Source of the DNA: an uncultured virus (IMG/VR IMGVR_UViG_3300011474_000007)
Taxonomy: Duplodnaviria; Heunggongvirae; Uroviricota; Caudoviricetes
Length of the DNA: 64,000 nt
IMG/VR virus record: IMGVR_UViG_3300011474_000007
Coordinates: 62,001-126,000 of that record
Reading direction: 5' to 3' (one strand)
The translations under genes were made by a program, and so were the position numbers. Numbering within the stretch: the stretch's first letter is position 1; every line of letters begins with the position of its first letter. The notes under the pieces are model-generated. The model did no database searches. It saw only the letters and a list, made by a program, of their open reading frames with translations, and had not been told where the DNA came from. This document shows, one piece after another, positions 28,701 to 38,560 of this stretch.

Positions 28701-30877
28701 CAGATTTAGGTACCGAAATGCTTAATATGTTAAAAAGTATTAAAGAATTAGGATATGAAATAGCTACAGCAAGATATGAAGCCGTACAACAAATTTATAA
28801 AGACAATATTGAACTACTTAATAATGAATTAGAACGGCTTTCAACTGAAGAAAATAAAAATCTTAAATCAATGATTGCTTTAAGACAACAAATGATTGGA
28901 CAAGATGAAGAAAATATTAAAAGATTGACTAATCTAATAAAAGAATTAAATGCAGAATCTTATAAGGGTAATAAACCTTACTTATTAGATAAAATAGAGG
29001 AATACACTAAAGAATTAGATAGAGCAAATACGGAATTGACTAAACACAAGAAAGAACTTGAAAGCGTAAAAGATACTTTTAATAGTTTAATAGAATCTAT
29101 AGAAGATAAAGTTAAACAAGCCATTCAAAAAGTCAATGAAGAATACAAGAAAAATTCAGAGAAAAGAAGAAAGCTATTTGATGAAGCTATTGATAAGCAA
29201 GTAGAAAAAATAGAAGAAGCCCGAAGAAAGCTCGATAAAAACGAAACCGCACAGAATGATTATGAAAAAATTATGGAGATTCAAGAAAAGATAAATAGAC
29301 TTGATTTAAATGATTCCATAGAAGCAAAAAAACAAAGATCTGAATTAGAAAAAGAATTAAGAAATGCACAAAAAGACCAACGTTCTCATGAATTGAATTA
29401 TGAAATTGAAGAAAGAAAGAAAAGACTAACTAATGCAAAAGATGAATACGGAAAACTTAGTAGTGAATATGACAATAAATTAAGTGAAAGTTTTGAAGAT
29501 GATAAGCTGACTCTTGAAGCTAAACAAGCTTTACTAAATGGCTTTATTGTTGATTTGAATGGAAATGTTATTAACTTAGAAAAAGCATTAACTACATTAG
29601 AAGATAAGACAGGAAAAGGATTAAGCAGCACAGGTAATAAAATAAAAAAAGAATTAATTGATAATTTACATACAGTACAAGATATATTAAAAGAATTTGG
29701 AACTTTAGATACTACAAAAATAGAGTTTCAAAAGAAACCAATTATCAATGTATATGGTGCTGGAATAGACATAGAAAATGCTAAAAACATATTAGGAATA
29801 GATGGATATAACTACATTGATACAAAGATGATAGACCATAGTAAAATCAAATTAGGAGAAAATGATATAGTTCTAGGTGCAAAAGGCACTCATAATGGTA
29901 TTAGTAGAGATGATTTAGGTGGTGCTACTAGGTTGGGTGGCAGCAACAGATATGATACTGCCGCTATTATTCAATTATATAAAGATATACAAGATGGTAA
30001 AGTAACTCCAGTAAATGGAGTGGTGTATGGTAGTGGGCAAGATTTAGAGAATGCAATGAAATGGTTAGCTCCTTTAGGTTATAAGTTTGTTGATACAAGT
30101 AAAATAAACCCTAGAACAATTAGATTTACTCAAAACGACTTAATAGTTGGAGGAACTGGCGCTAGAGGTGGCGTTCCTTTTGATGTTAACGGTGTTAAAA
30201 GATTAGGTGGAATAACAAGATTTGATACAGATAAAATCATAGGAGATTATGCAAAAGCACAATTAGAAACAAGAATAAATGAAGCTTACCGTCAAACAGA
30301 TAAAAGAGTTGGTAGAGTATATGGAACAGGTATAGATTTAATAAATGCTAAGAAATATTTAAGTAAACAAGGATATGATTTTGTTGATACCGATTCTGTA
30401 ATTGATAAAGTTTTAAGCACAAATGATATTGTTGTAGGCGGTCAAATGAAAGGCAAGGAAAATATCTATAATAGCGGTGCTAGATGGCTATACGGAAAAG
30501 ATAGACATGAAACTGCTAACTTGATAAATGAATTTGCTAGATATAATAACATTAGAGGGTTTAGTACAGGCGGCGTGGTAGATTATACAGGTCTGGCAAT
30601 GGTTCATGGTAGCAACAATCCTGAATTAGTATTAAATAATCAACAAGTAGTACAATTACATAACTTTATTAAAGGACTTCCAAACACTGCTTATAATCCT
30701 AATATGAGAAGATTTGGGAATTCAAGTGTAAAAAATATTAGTAACAAGAATACAGAATCTAATCAAGTATATAATCAGTATGATATAAAACTAATAGTTG
30801 AGGGTAATTTACAAGGAAATGAAAGAGAAGCTAATATGTTTGCCAATAAGATAGTAGATATAATGAAAAGAAAATAA
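25709..30877 (+). CDS. Tail tape measure protein, exon 4 (NlpC/P60 peptidase, lytic transglycosylase, three CWB2-like repeats)
   Basis: YKWGG...FDCSGL...HVGIY (NlpC/P60); KAESDFNPNA...GAMGLMQLMP...AAYNAG (SLT); hydrophobic helices; RLGGxxR(Y/F)DT repeats. Confidence 0.9.
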   Translation, partial: TDQRENFLVLMNNLETTSDLLQKVKESAGNSKIKFDDNASESLDAKVKNFKHAWEELYRTLISSDALKAIVATGTKLIGVLDTIVNSSKGVKLSFLVLLPIILHMVKNFKLLMLTIMSGEKIKLVDVIFGDLFGRMSSGITIVDRLKSSFKVLKLALSSLLTTPQGLMFLAVATAIGVATAAVIKHANHQKKLREENDKLKQSYDDLKAAMSSNDKEGIKNASENPQKAQSELQELIKKRAKLNKEMESAPTMREGATIHINSQFKETEQRIKEITKALKDNGYTVDEITGKVKELTEASLRATNLDMIDTIKETGESEIKNKDSIVELGDEYFRLASIQNKNKEVNQKLTDVSNELNGKVKGLIVTKDKDGNVTVKNTGLLAKEIEVLQTEGLTVNKLTQIKLEAGKSSAEVQIGMTKVTYQEARRRMQILDEEAKTLEKVSNLTDPNGTMEKITGMKNPFGKAYDFNRSEAAEIKSQIEAIDKIYNEAKSSLDDLPDKNSVPNFAPNPDETKKSTEATKENTGETDKNREAVNKARESIKQYELALKSLEMQMTKNNIALGRLYEHSDSYINKLKEKQNLIKQEIALNKQQIATNGKLANSLGAVGGSYASGMGNSIGEQVVRNAQQYLGRPYKWGGSSPAENFDCSGLVQYVYKQVGISLNRTTYDQVKQGTAVSKNQLQVGDAVFFGSPSAPHHVGIYMGNGKYIHSPKTGDVIKVSNLNSRSDYATARRYASGGSSYRTTSSNYSGKYASYINDAASKYGVSSALIAAIIKAESDFNPNARSNEGAMGLMQLMPVNVREFGVRNPYDPQQSIMGGTQEISKYLKKYNGNLDLALAAYNAGMGSVAKAGGVPNYTKDYISKVKKYMKGYGGSESSIHSTIDEQMDLIGKSMDLEKKNLELQEELNKINIQILEAKLGQYDDRVKSIDRTLTQLRTDVDLAGKNDTTYINYLLRIDEYSNKKLNTLKEKRAFLEKEMKSNIYDAKTLQMMREKNSDLGTEMLNMLKSIKELGYEIATARYEAVQQIYKDNIELLNNELERLSTEENKNLKSMIALRQQMIGQDEENIKRLTNLIKELNAESYKGNKPYLLDKIEEYTKELDRANTELTKHKKELESVKDTFNSLIESIEDKVKQAIQKVNEEYKKNSEKRRKLFDEAIDKQVEKIEEARRKLDKNETAQNDYEKIMEIQEKINRLDLNDSIEAKKQRSELEKELRNAQKDQRSHELNYEIEERKKRLTNAKDEYGKLSSEYDNKLSESFEDDKLTLEAKQALLNGFIVDLNGNVINLEKALTTLEDKTGKGLSSTGNKIKKELIDNLHTVQDILKEFGTLDTTKIEFQKKPIINVYGAGIDIENAKNILGIDGYNYIDTKMIDHSKIKLGENDIVLGAKGTHNGISRDDLGGATRLGGSNRYDTAAIIQLYKDIQDGKVTPVNGVVYGSGQDLENAMKWLAPLGYKFVDTSKINPRTIRFTQNDLIVGGTGARGGVPFDVNGVKRLGGITRFDTDKIIGDYAKAQLETRINEAYRQTDKRVGRVYGTGIDLINAKKYLSKQGYDFVDTDSVIDKVLSTNDIVVGGQMKGKENIYNSGARWLYGKDRHETANLINEFARYNNIRGFSTGGVVDYTGLAMVHGSNNPELVLNNQQVVQLHNFIKGLPNTAYNPNMRRFGNSSVKNISNKNTESNQVYNQYDIKLIVEGNLQGNEREANMFANKIVDIMKRK

Positions 30878-30885
30878 TTTGTTAA

Positions 30886-30920
30886 AGACACTATGGAGAA
30901 TTCTATAGTGTCTTACTTTT
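30886..30920 (+). terminator. Hairpin / terminator after the tape measure gene
   Basis: AAGACACTATGGA...TCTATAGTGTCTT inverted repeat followed by ACTTTT. Confidence 0.55.
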
Positions 30921-30934
30921 AAGGTGGTGATTTT

Positions 30935-33900
30935 TTGATTAGAGCAAGTGAAATAATATGGTTTAATGGTCATAGCAGTGAAGAGTTTGGATTAATAAAC
31001 GCCAATATTGACAATGATGGATTCTTAGACGAACCTTTTTTAGCAGAGAGAAAGTTAAATGTAGAAAGAATTAAATATCAACCTAAAGCTTATTTTGATA
31101 GCGTTGAAGAACAAGAAAAGATATTTGAATTAAAATTAGTTTTTAAAGATAGAGTTAATATGAATAAACAAAAGCTAAGAGATGTAGCTAAATGGTTAAA
31201 TGCAACAGATGGATACAAGGAATTATGGTTTAGTGAAGATTGTGAACTAGATGAGAATGGTGGTTATGATATTAATAAACCAACTAGAATATATTTTGCA
31301 ATTGTTGAGGGTACTTCTAATTTACATCATGCTTGTTTACCACAAGGATATATAACAATTAGATTCAAAACTAACTCACCATATTGTTATTCTCCTTTAA
31401 AAACAACTGTAAAATATAAATTGGGTGAAGGTGATAGAGTTGTCGTATTTAATGAGGGAGATTTGATTTATCGCCCAGAAGTTAGTATAAAAAGTCTAGT
31501 AGAAAATCAAACTATTCAATTGAAAAGCAATACTTTTGAACCTGATAATTATATAGATTACATTAATAATGAAAGTAAAAATAAATTTGATTTCATATTT
31601 AAACAAGGAGAAAAGGCAAAAGGAAGCTTTGATTTAGATGGAACCGCTTATGATGGTGAAACATTTAAATTAGGGAATAAAACTTATGAGTTTGATTTAG
31701 GAGATAATAAAACTAAAAACAAATATGATGTAAATAACATATTAGTTCCTGTTAAGGGAGGATCGAAAGCTCATAATACATTAAATTTTGAAAAAGCTAT
31801 CGTAACGGATGGAAGTACGGTAACTATAGGTGATCAAATTTTTGAATTCGATAATAATAATATTTATGCTCCATCAAATGTGCAAGTAGACGTTTCAGAT
31901 TATTGTGATAGGGCAAAAGGTACTTTACATTTAAATTCTAATTTAATGCCTAATCAAACAATGAAAATAGATGAAACAACTTATACTATGGTAGGTGGCA
32001 CTAATGAATTTATTATAAAAATGACAGATCATTTATTAAGCGATGGATTAGAAACAAATATAGTTGTTAAAAATGACAAGATTAATACAAAACAAGATAA
32101 TGTAGTAGTTACCACTCCTAAATTTAAGAATATAGATAAATGTTTAGTAAGAAATGTAACTAAGAATCCTTCAGATCTAGGTATAAGAAAAGTGAAATAC
32201 TTAGATAAAGATTTTGTTATGGTTTTATGGGACGGTGAAAGTGATGAAGATTATCAAGATTTAATAGAAGATGTAGGTATAAATGATAGGGTTATTATTA
32301 AGTTTGATAAAGCCATAGATAAGAATACAGTTACCGAAGATACAATTGTAGTAAAAGATTTAGAAGGTAATAAAATACCTGTTTTATTTGATTTCGGACA
32401 AGCATCTGATATGGGTAAAATAGTAGGTGTAATACCTAAAAATAGTTATGACTATGACTCAGAATATACAATACACATAACAAAGGGAGTTAAGAATGAA
32501 AAAGGAGTAAATATTAAAAACATCAGAAAGATAAAAATACATACACGAAAAGAACATTATGAAACAGAAAATGAAGTTTTTAATAATATAAGTCCAGTAA
32601 AAGCGTTTACTTTTAATTCCCCACATAAATTTAAAAAGGAAACTGTAACAAAAGAAAATATTTATGTATTAGATGATAAAAATGAAAAAGTAGAGATAAA
32701 TTTAACGGTAACTGATGCAGGTAAATCATTGATAGTTCAGCCTGTAACAAAATATGAACAAGGAAAAACTTATAAATTATATTTTACAACAAAAGTATTA
32801 GATATAAATAATATGAGTGTCGTAAGAAATGAGAAGGTAGTGACATTTACAACATCTACAAAAAATAATGTAGGAGTTATAGATACGGATTGTGATGATT
32901 ATTATAATGATGTACCTATAGATAAGCCTTTTACTATACCATTTCCTAAAAGATTAAATTTAAATCAAATAAATTATAATTATGGATTGGTAGATTTAAG
33001 AGATAGGGATAATAAACAAATTGCTGTTTTTTATTGTTATAAAACTAATAATACAAAATTATTAGAAATTACGCCGAGCGAAAATTTAAAATATGGTACT
33101 ACATATTTCTTATATATTAGTAAAATGGTTCAATATGATGACCAAAGTGGCTATATTGATGAGCCATTAAAAATAAGAATTAACACTATGAAAGATCCAG
33201 CTTTACAAAATAATAAGAGTAACAATGATGTAGAAGAAAGCCAAGAAAACACTGTGAATACTAATTTTTATAATGTAGCTACTAACAAAGAATTTAATGT
33301 TTCTTTTAATGCATCTGTTGTAGATATAAGAAATGGTATATATATCAAAAATTCTAAAGAACAATTCGTAGATTGTTTTACTAAAATAAGTCAAACTGGA
33401 AATGGAATAGATATTTTCCCTAGTCCTGTTTGGGAAATGGATGAAAAGTATTATGTATACGGAAATGAGAATATAAAATTATCTAAGAAACCTAGAATTT
33501 TTGCAGGAGATTCTCCACCAGATGGAAACGGTAATAAAGGTGATTATGCTAATGCAAAAGAGATATTTGAACCTTTAGGATTGCAGGTAATTAAAATTGA
33601 TGGATGGAAAATATATGGTGGCGATATATATGATAAAGAAGGAAAGAAAATTTTTATAGATAAACGAGATATTCTTGTAGGCGGAAATTTTAGAATAACT
33701 AAAGATGATTATAATGATGATGGAACTCTTAAAGATGGTACTATAATTTATAATATTCCATTATCTGTTTTTGCCAACGGAGCAACAAGGATTTCAGGGG
33801 TAAATAGAGTAGAAACTAAGAAAAAAATGTTAGAATATAAGGAAACTATTAAGGATAGATCTTATGTAAAAAGAAGCATGTATAAAACAGATACTTTAAT

Positions 33901-36154
33901 TATGACATTTAGTGTAGACCATAGAAATAATAGTATAGAAATAGACGTAGATAGAAATATAAGTTTATCTGATAATAGATTACTATTAAATAAATATGAA
34001 ATTCCTAAAAAGATTAAAAATATGAGAGCAAAAGATGATATTTATATATATGAAGAATCAGAAATGGATTTTACTGTTGATATAAATATGCTTATACCTA
34101 ATAAAGTTCCTATAGGGGCTAAAGTATATGCTGGAGTTATAGGAAATGTAGTCAATGGAGTTCATGATGACTTTACAAATGCAACTAATATATTATCTGA
34201 ATTTGGATACAAAATAATAGATACAAATCAAATGACATTTCAAGAAAAACAAAATATTACTTTCAAAGTTGGCGATTTAGTAATCGGAGGATTGTTAGCA
34301 GGTATAAAACCTAGTGATTTAGATTCTAATGGGAATGTAAAAGCTACTCCACCTCAAGCAGATGATCCTAATGATAGAAGAAAAGAAAGAATGGTAGGTA
34401 TCCCTAGGGGAATAAATATTTATCCAGCTAAAAGGTTGCAAGGAGACGTAAATCACCCTAATAGAGATGGTACAAAAAAAGCAATAGAGGACTGGGCTAT
34501 GCTGCTAAAAAGAGTTCAAAATAATGAAGCTTTAGGGGATGGATACGAAACTAATATAGCATTAAATGGCATAACCGTTAAATATAAAGTTCCTAAAAAT
34601 GCAAAAATATATGGTACTGGTGTAGATATTTTTAATGCAATAAGATATTTAGGGGATATGGGGTATATCTTTGTAAATGTTGGAGACATGTCATTTGAAG
34701 AAAAGTTAGCATTGCCTTTTAAAAAAGGTGATATTGTAGTAGGAGGAGTAGGTGCTGCTGATATTGTAGTAGAAGGTAATGTTAAGAAAAAAGTATATGG
34801 AATTCCTAATATACCGATTAACGGTGCGTTGAGATTAGGCGGTGTAACAAGATTTGACACTGAAAAAAAGATAAAAGACTTTGCAGAAAAGCTAAAAGTA
34901 AAAGCTATAGAAGCAGGAGATATAGTAAAGATAAAGATGACTATAAGTACTCCAGACAATGATATAATTAACTCGGATGAAGATTTTGAAAAATTAAATG
35001 AGACTATATCTAATGATGTTAGAATTGAATATCATAGGGTTAAAAGTACTAAAGAATTAAGCAGAAATAGAATTTATATAGAATTTGAAGAAAATATAAG
35101 AACTATAAATTATATTTCTACTATAGAAATCACTGATTTATATAAAATATTTAATAGCAGAGAAGCTGAAGACTATCTATTTACTGCCCCTAATCAAATT
35201 AGAATAGGATATACCAAAAATGAAACATTACAAAACATAGTCATGGCAATAAATGATACAGGAACTGCAGGAATTGAATATAGTCAAAGAACATTTAAAC
35301 ATAAAACTGTTTCTTGCCAAAGACAAAATGATGATGAGAATCAATTTTTAGCGTTAGAAATGGGTGAAAAAGGTAATGTAGTAACTCATTTAGTTGACAA
35401 ACTAGATGTAGCAAACAAGTTCTTAGCACCAACTTTGACAGGAGGTAAGGATTGTGAGCAAAGCAATGCTATAAAAACATTAGCAAAAACTATTGAAGAA
35501 CAGAATGAGAAGCCTGAAAGATATAATAAAGATAAATATACTTGTTATTATGATACTAATAAATTAGTTGTTACTCATATGTTATATGGGGAGAAATATA
35601 ATAATATAATTTGTCTTTCAAATGTTACAAAATTAGTACAAACTCCTTATTTAATAAACGAAAAAGATATAGGAAAACTTGAAGAATTTTTAAATAGAGA
35701 AAAACAAATAGCCAAATGGGAAAACCCAACATTTGTAGGTGGAATAGACCCAACATCAAAAGATTGTATTTTAGCTTTATATAATAAGATATTAGAAAAT
35801 CAAAATAGTATTAATCTAAATATAATAGATAAAACTAAATATGGAAGAAGCTATAGTGGTATTGATATGGAATATAAAAATATAGGTGAAGAAGGAAATA
35901 TCTTGATGAAAACAACTTGTGTAAATGGTATATTAAGTGGCAAGAAATTAAAAGGTGGACTAGATGGGTTGGAGGAAAATGAATTCTTATATATAAATTG
36001 TGATAAAGAAGAGATTATAAGTAGTCTTGATAAAGATAGGTATAAGAATTTTAATCATGATTGGGTTAGAATACCTCCAGATAAAATCACAATTATGGTA
36101 GTACAAGGTAAAATTGAATTGCAATTCAGGTATAGAGAAGTATTTTTAATATAA
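30935..36154 (+). CDS. Distal tail (Dit)-like protein with a very large insertion of Ig-like and CWB2-like domains
   Basis: Dit-like N-terminus (WFNGHSSEEFGL, VAKWL, FKTNSPYCYS) and C-terminus; SbsA/Big_5-like repeats; position after the tape measure gene. Confidence 0.75.
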   Translation: MIRASEIIWFNGHSSEEFGLINANIDNDGFLDEPFLAERKLNVERIKYQPKAYFDSVEEQEKIFELKLVFKDRVNMNKQKLRDVAKWLNATDGYKELWFSEDCELDENGGYDINKPTRIYFAIVEGTSNLHHACLPQGYITIRFKTNSPYCYSPLKTTVKYKLGEGDRVVVFNEGDLIYRPEVSIKSLVENQTIQLKSNTFEPDNYIDYINNESKNKFDFIFKQGEKAKGSFDLDGTAYDGETFKLGNKTYEFDLGDNKTKNKYDVNNILVPVKGGSKAHNTLNFEKAIVTDGSTVTIGDQIFEFDNNNIYAPSNVQVDVSDYCDRAKGTLHLNSNLMPNQTMKIDETTYTMVGGTNEFIIKMTDHLLSDGLETNIVVKNDKINTKQDNVVVTTPKFKNIDKCLVRNVTKNPSDLGIRKVKYLDKDFVMVLWDGESDEDYQDLIEDVGINDRVIIKFDKAIDKNTVTEDTIVVKDLEGNKIPVLFDFGQASDMGKIVGVIPKNSYDYDSEYTIHITKGVKNEKGVNIKNIRKIKIHTRKEHYETENEVFNNISPVKAFTFNSPHKFKKETVTKENIYVLDDKNEKVEINLTVTDAGKSLIVQPVTKYEQGKTYKLYFTTKVLDINNMSVVRNEKVVTFTTSTKNNVGVIDTDCDDYYNDVPIDKPFTIPFPKRLNLNQINYNYGLVDLRDRDNKQIAVFYCYKTNNTKLLEITPSENLKYGTTYFLYISKMVQYDDQSGYIDEPLKIRINTMKDPALQNNKSNNDVEESQENTVNTNFYNVATNKEFNVSFNASVVDIRNGIYIKNSKEQFVDCFTKISQTGNGIDIFPSPVWEMDEKYYVYGNENIKLSKKPRIFAGDSPPDGNGNKGDYANAKEIFEPLGLQVIKIDGWKIYGGDIYDKEGKKIFIDKRDILVGGNFRITKDDYNDDGTLKDGTIIYNIPLSVFANGATRISGVNRVETKKKMLEYKETIKDRSYVKRSMYKTDTLIMTFSVDHRNNSIEIDVDRNISLSDNRLLLNKYEIPKKIKNMRAKDDIYIYEESEMDFTVDINMLIPNKVPIGAKVYAGVIGNVVNGVHDDFTNATNILSEFGYKIIDTNQMTFQEKQNITFKVGDLVIGGLLAGIKPSDLDSNGNVKATPPQADDPNDRRKERMVGIPRGINIYPAKRLQGDVNHPNRDGTKKAIEDWAMLLKRVQNNEALGDGYETNIALNGITVKYKVPKNAKIYGTGVDIFNAIRYLGDMGYIFVNVGDMSFEEKLALPFKKGDIVVGGVGAADIVVEGNVKKKVYGIPNIPINGALRLGGVTRFDTEKKIKDFAEKLKVKAIEAGDIVKIKMTISTPDNDIINSDEDFEKLNETISNDVRIEYHRVKSTKELSRNRIYIEFEENIRTINYISTIEITDLYKIFNSREAEDYLFTAPNQIRIGYTKNETLQNIVMAINDTGTAGIEYSQRTFKHKTVSCQRQNDDENQFLALEMGEKGNVVTHLVDKLDVANKFLAPTLTGGKDCEQSNAIKTLAKTIEEQNEKPERYNKDKYTCYYDTNKLVVTHMLYGEKYNNIICLSNVTKLVQTPYLINEKDIGKLEEFLNREKQIAKWENPTFVGGIDPTSKDCILALYNKILENQNSINLNIIDKTKYGRSYSGIDMEYKNIGEEGNILMKTTCVNGILSGKKLKGGLDGLEENEFLYINCDKEEIISSLDKDRYKNFNHDWVRIPPDKITIMVVQGKIELQFRYREVFLI

Positions 36155-36168
36155 AGGAAGGTGGTAAT

Positions 36169-37677
36169 TTGTTTGTAGATTTAGATTATAATAAAGAAAT
36201 ACCAAGACCTAAATTATTTCTTGCTAAGCCTAATAAAAAAATAATAGCACCAATTCCAAATGTCGAACCAGATTTAAAAATATTTCTAAATGTACCTAAT
36301 GAATTAAACTTTAAAATACCATTATTTATAGAGGACGATTCTAAGTCCTCTATAAATGAATCACCTAAACTATTAAAGAATCCATTGTTAACTAAGATTA
36401 AAGAAAGATATTTAATCTTAGTTAAATTTATGGATGAAAATAATTGGTATATGATTTTAAATCCTAAATCTGATTCGTCTTCCTCTGAACATGATAACAT
36501 GAGTGTAAAATGCTATAGTTTAGAATACGAACTAAAAGATAAACTAATAAATTTTAATACAGAATCTTCTACAATTTCTCAAATATTAAAAGGAAATTAT
36601 TTAGATAAAATTCCTCATGGAGCGTTAAATGATACTAGCTGGTCAGTGGGATATATTGACCCTTATTATAATGATGTTTATAGAGAATTTTCTTATACAG
36701 GGAATGTATTGCAATTATTAGAAAGCTTAGCAGAAAAGTTTGATGCAATTATTAAATATAACACGGAAGATAGAACTATAGATATTTATTATAAATACAA
36801 TTATGGTAAGAATTCAGGAATAATCTTTAATTATAGAAAGTATTTAAAATCTATAACAAAAGATAGGGATTCTGATTCATCAGTTATGTGCACAAGACTT
36901 ATTTGTATAGGTAAAGATGGTCTTAGTATAGAAAATATAAATCCTACAGGTAAAAATTATATTGATGATTTCTCTTATTTCATGTATCCTTTTACAATAG
37001 AAAATGGATTTGTTACTAAACACAGTGATTATATGAGTGATAATTTATGTATAGCTATTACAAAATATAAAGCTAAAATTATGCAATATCAAAATAGATT
37101 CAAGCAATTAATAGCTACAAAGAACACATACAATAAATTAATGTTATACAAAGAAGGAGAATTAAGAAGCCTGAAACATGAACTAGAAATTTTTGCAGAT
37201 AATTATAGCGTTGCTATGATGTCAGGAAACAATATTCAACCGATTATAACAATAAAAAAAGAAATTGAAAGTGAAATAAAAGCAAAGGAATTAGAAATTG
37301 AAAGTTATAAAATTAAATTAAAAAGTGTAGAAGATAGCATTTATAATATTAGAGTAGATTTAGAGGAAGAAAATAATTTTACAAATGAGGAATTAGATGA
37401 ATTAGATAAATATATAATATGGGATAAATGGGAAATGCAAGAATATATAGATGAAGAAGATCTATATAGGGACGGAATGAAAAAGTTGAAAGAAAAGTGT
37501 AAACCAAAAGTTTCTATAACTTTAGATTATGTAGATTTTATAAAATATGTAGAAGAGCAACATATGTGGAATAGCTTAAAAATCGGTGATAAAATTGGTG
37601 TTAAATATCCGTTATTAGATATAGATGAGAAAATAGAATATGGGAAAGATACATTTGTAGTAGAGGAAGGTGATTAA
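36169..37677 (+). CDS. Tail tip protein (prophage tail endopeptidase/Tal-like)
   Basis: Follows Dit; CYSLEYEL, YRKYLKSITK, TRLICIGKDGLSI motifs of SPbeta YomG-like proteins. Confidence 0.7.
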   Translation: MFVDLDYNKEIPRPKLFLAKPNKKIIAPIPNVEPDLKIFLNVPNELNFKIPLFIEDDSKSSINESPKLLKNPLLTKIKERYLILVKFMDENNWYMILNPKSDSSSSEHDNMSVKCYSLEYELKDKLINFNTESSTISQILKGNYLDKIPHGALNDTSWSVGYIDPYYNDVYREFSYTGNVLQLLESLAEKFDAIIKYNTEDRTIDIYYKYNYGKNSGIIFNYRKYLKSITKDRDSDSSVMCTRLICIGKDGLSIENINPTGKNYIDDFSYFMYPFTIENGFVTKHSDYMSDNLCIAITKYKAKIMQYQNRFKQLIATKNTYNKLMLYKEGELRSLKHELEIFADNYSVAMMSGNNIQPIITIKKEIESEIKAKELEIESYKIKLKSVEDSIYNIRVDLEEENNFTNEELDELDKYIIWDKWEMQEYIDEEDLYRDGMKKLKEKCKPKVSITLDYVDFIKYVEEQHMWNSLKIGDKIGVKYPLLDIDEKIEYGKDTFVVEEGD

Positions 37678-37679
37678 TT

Positions 37680-38543
37680 ATGGCTTACGTAAACCTTCCT
37701 TTTGATTTTAATGAAATTATTCAATATGACAGTTTAAAATCAATTGATTGTAGATTACTAGGATATAACTATAATACAAAAAATAATGATTTTAAATTAA
37801 CAATTAGTAGTATTGATAAAAAAATTGATGATATTGATGTATATGAAAGAATAGCAGGTGCTTTAAAAACATCTGAAAATAATGAAAATGATATACAAGA
37901 CTTAAAACAAAAATTAAATAGGTTAGAAAATAAAATTAACACTCCTAATAAAATTCAAGAAATAAACACTAAAGATACAAGTATTATAGCTGGTGCTAGT
38001 AATACGGTAAAAATAAATGAAAGTGGTTTATCTACACATGAAGTAAATAATCCAGATAGGGGCTTAATATGGAATGCTGGAGCTTTAGGATTAAAGGATG
38101 GTGACGACTTTGAACCTATTATAACGGCAGATGGAATTATGCCTAAGTTTTTACCTAATGCAGTAAATTTACAATTAGAAAAAGCTTTAGATAACGTTGG
38201 AAATATAGAAAGAAATAATAATGAAAATAGGCAGGAACAAAGACCTCCAACAATGATTAAGAATCCACCAATAAGATATATGGATTTAACTTGTAAATTA
38301 ATAAGAAATGAAAATAATCAAGTTGAACAAATTAGTTATTATAATTTACAAGGTGACATTGAATATATAGAAAAAATAATAAGAAATGAAAATGGTAAGA
38401 TAGAAAAAGTAGAAAAAGAGCACTTAGATGCAGAAACACAAATTACTACAATTATAAGAGATGAAGAGACAAATTTAGTTACAGATGTTTCTGTTGAATA
38501 TGAAAATGATACTGAAGATTATGAATTTGGTGGAATGTTGTAA
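37680..38543 (+). CDS. Putative tail tip protein, C-terminal partner of the preceding gene
   Basis: GGAAGG RBS; CRLLGYNYN...KLTIS and IITADGI motifs typical of the distal part of tail tip proteins. Confidence 0.5.
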   Translation: MAYVNLPFDFNEIIQYDSLKSIDCRLLGYNYNTKNNDFKLTISSIDKKIDDIDVYERIAGALKTSENNENDIQDLKQKLNRLENKINTPNKIQEINTKDTSIIAGASNTVKINESGLSTHEVNNPDRGLIWNAGALGLKDGDDFEPIITADGIMPKFLPNAVNLQLEKALDNVGNIERNNNENRQEQRPPTMIKNPPIRYMDLTCKLIRNENNQVEQISYYNLQGDIEYIEKIIRNENGKIEKVEKEHLDAETQITTIIRDEETNLVTDVSVEYENDTEDYEFGGML

Positions 38544-38560
38544 GAAAGGAGTGATTTATT

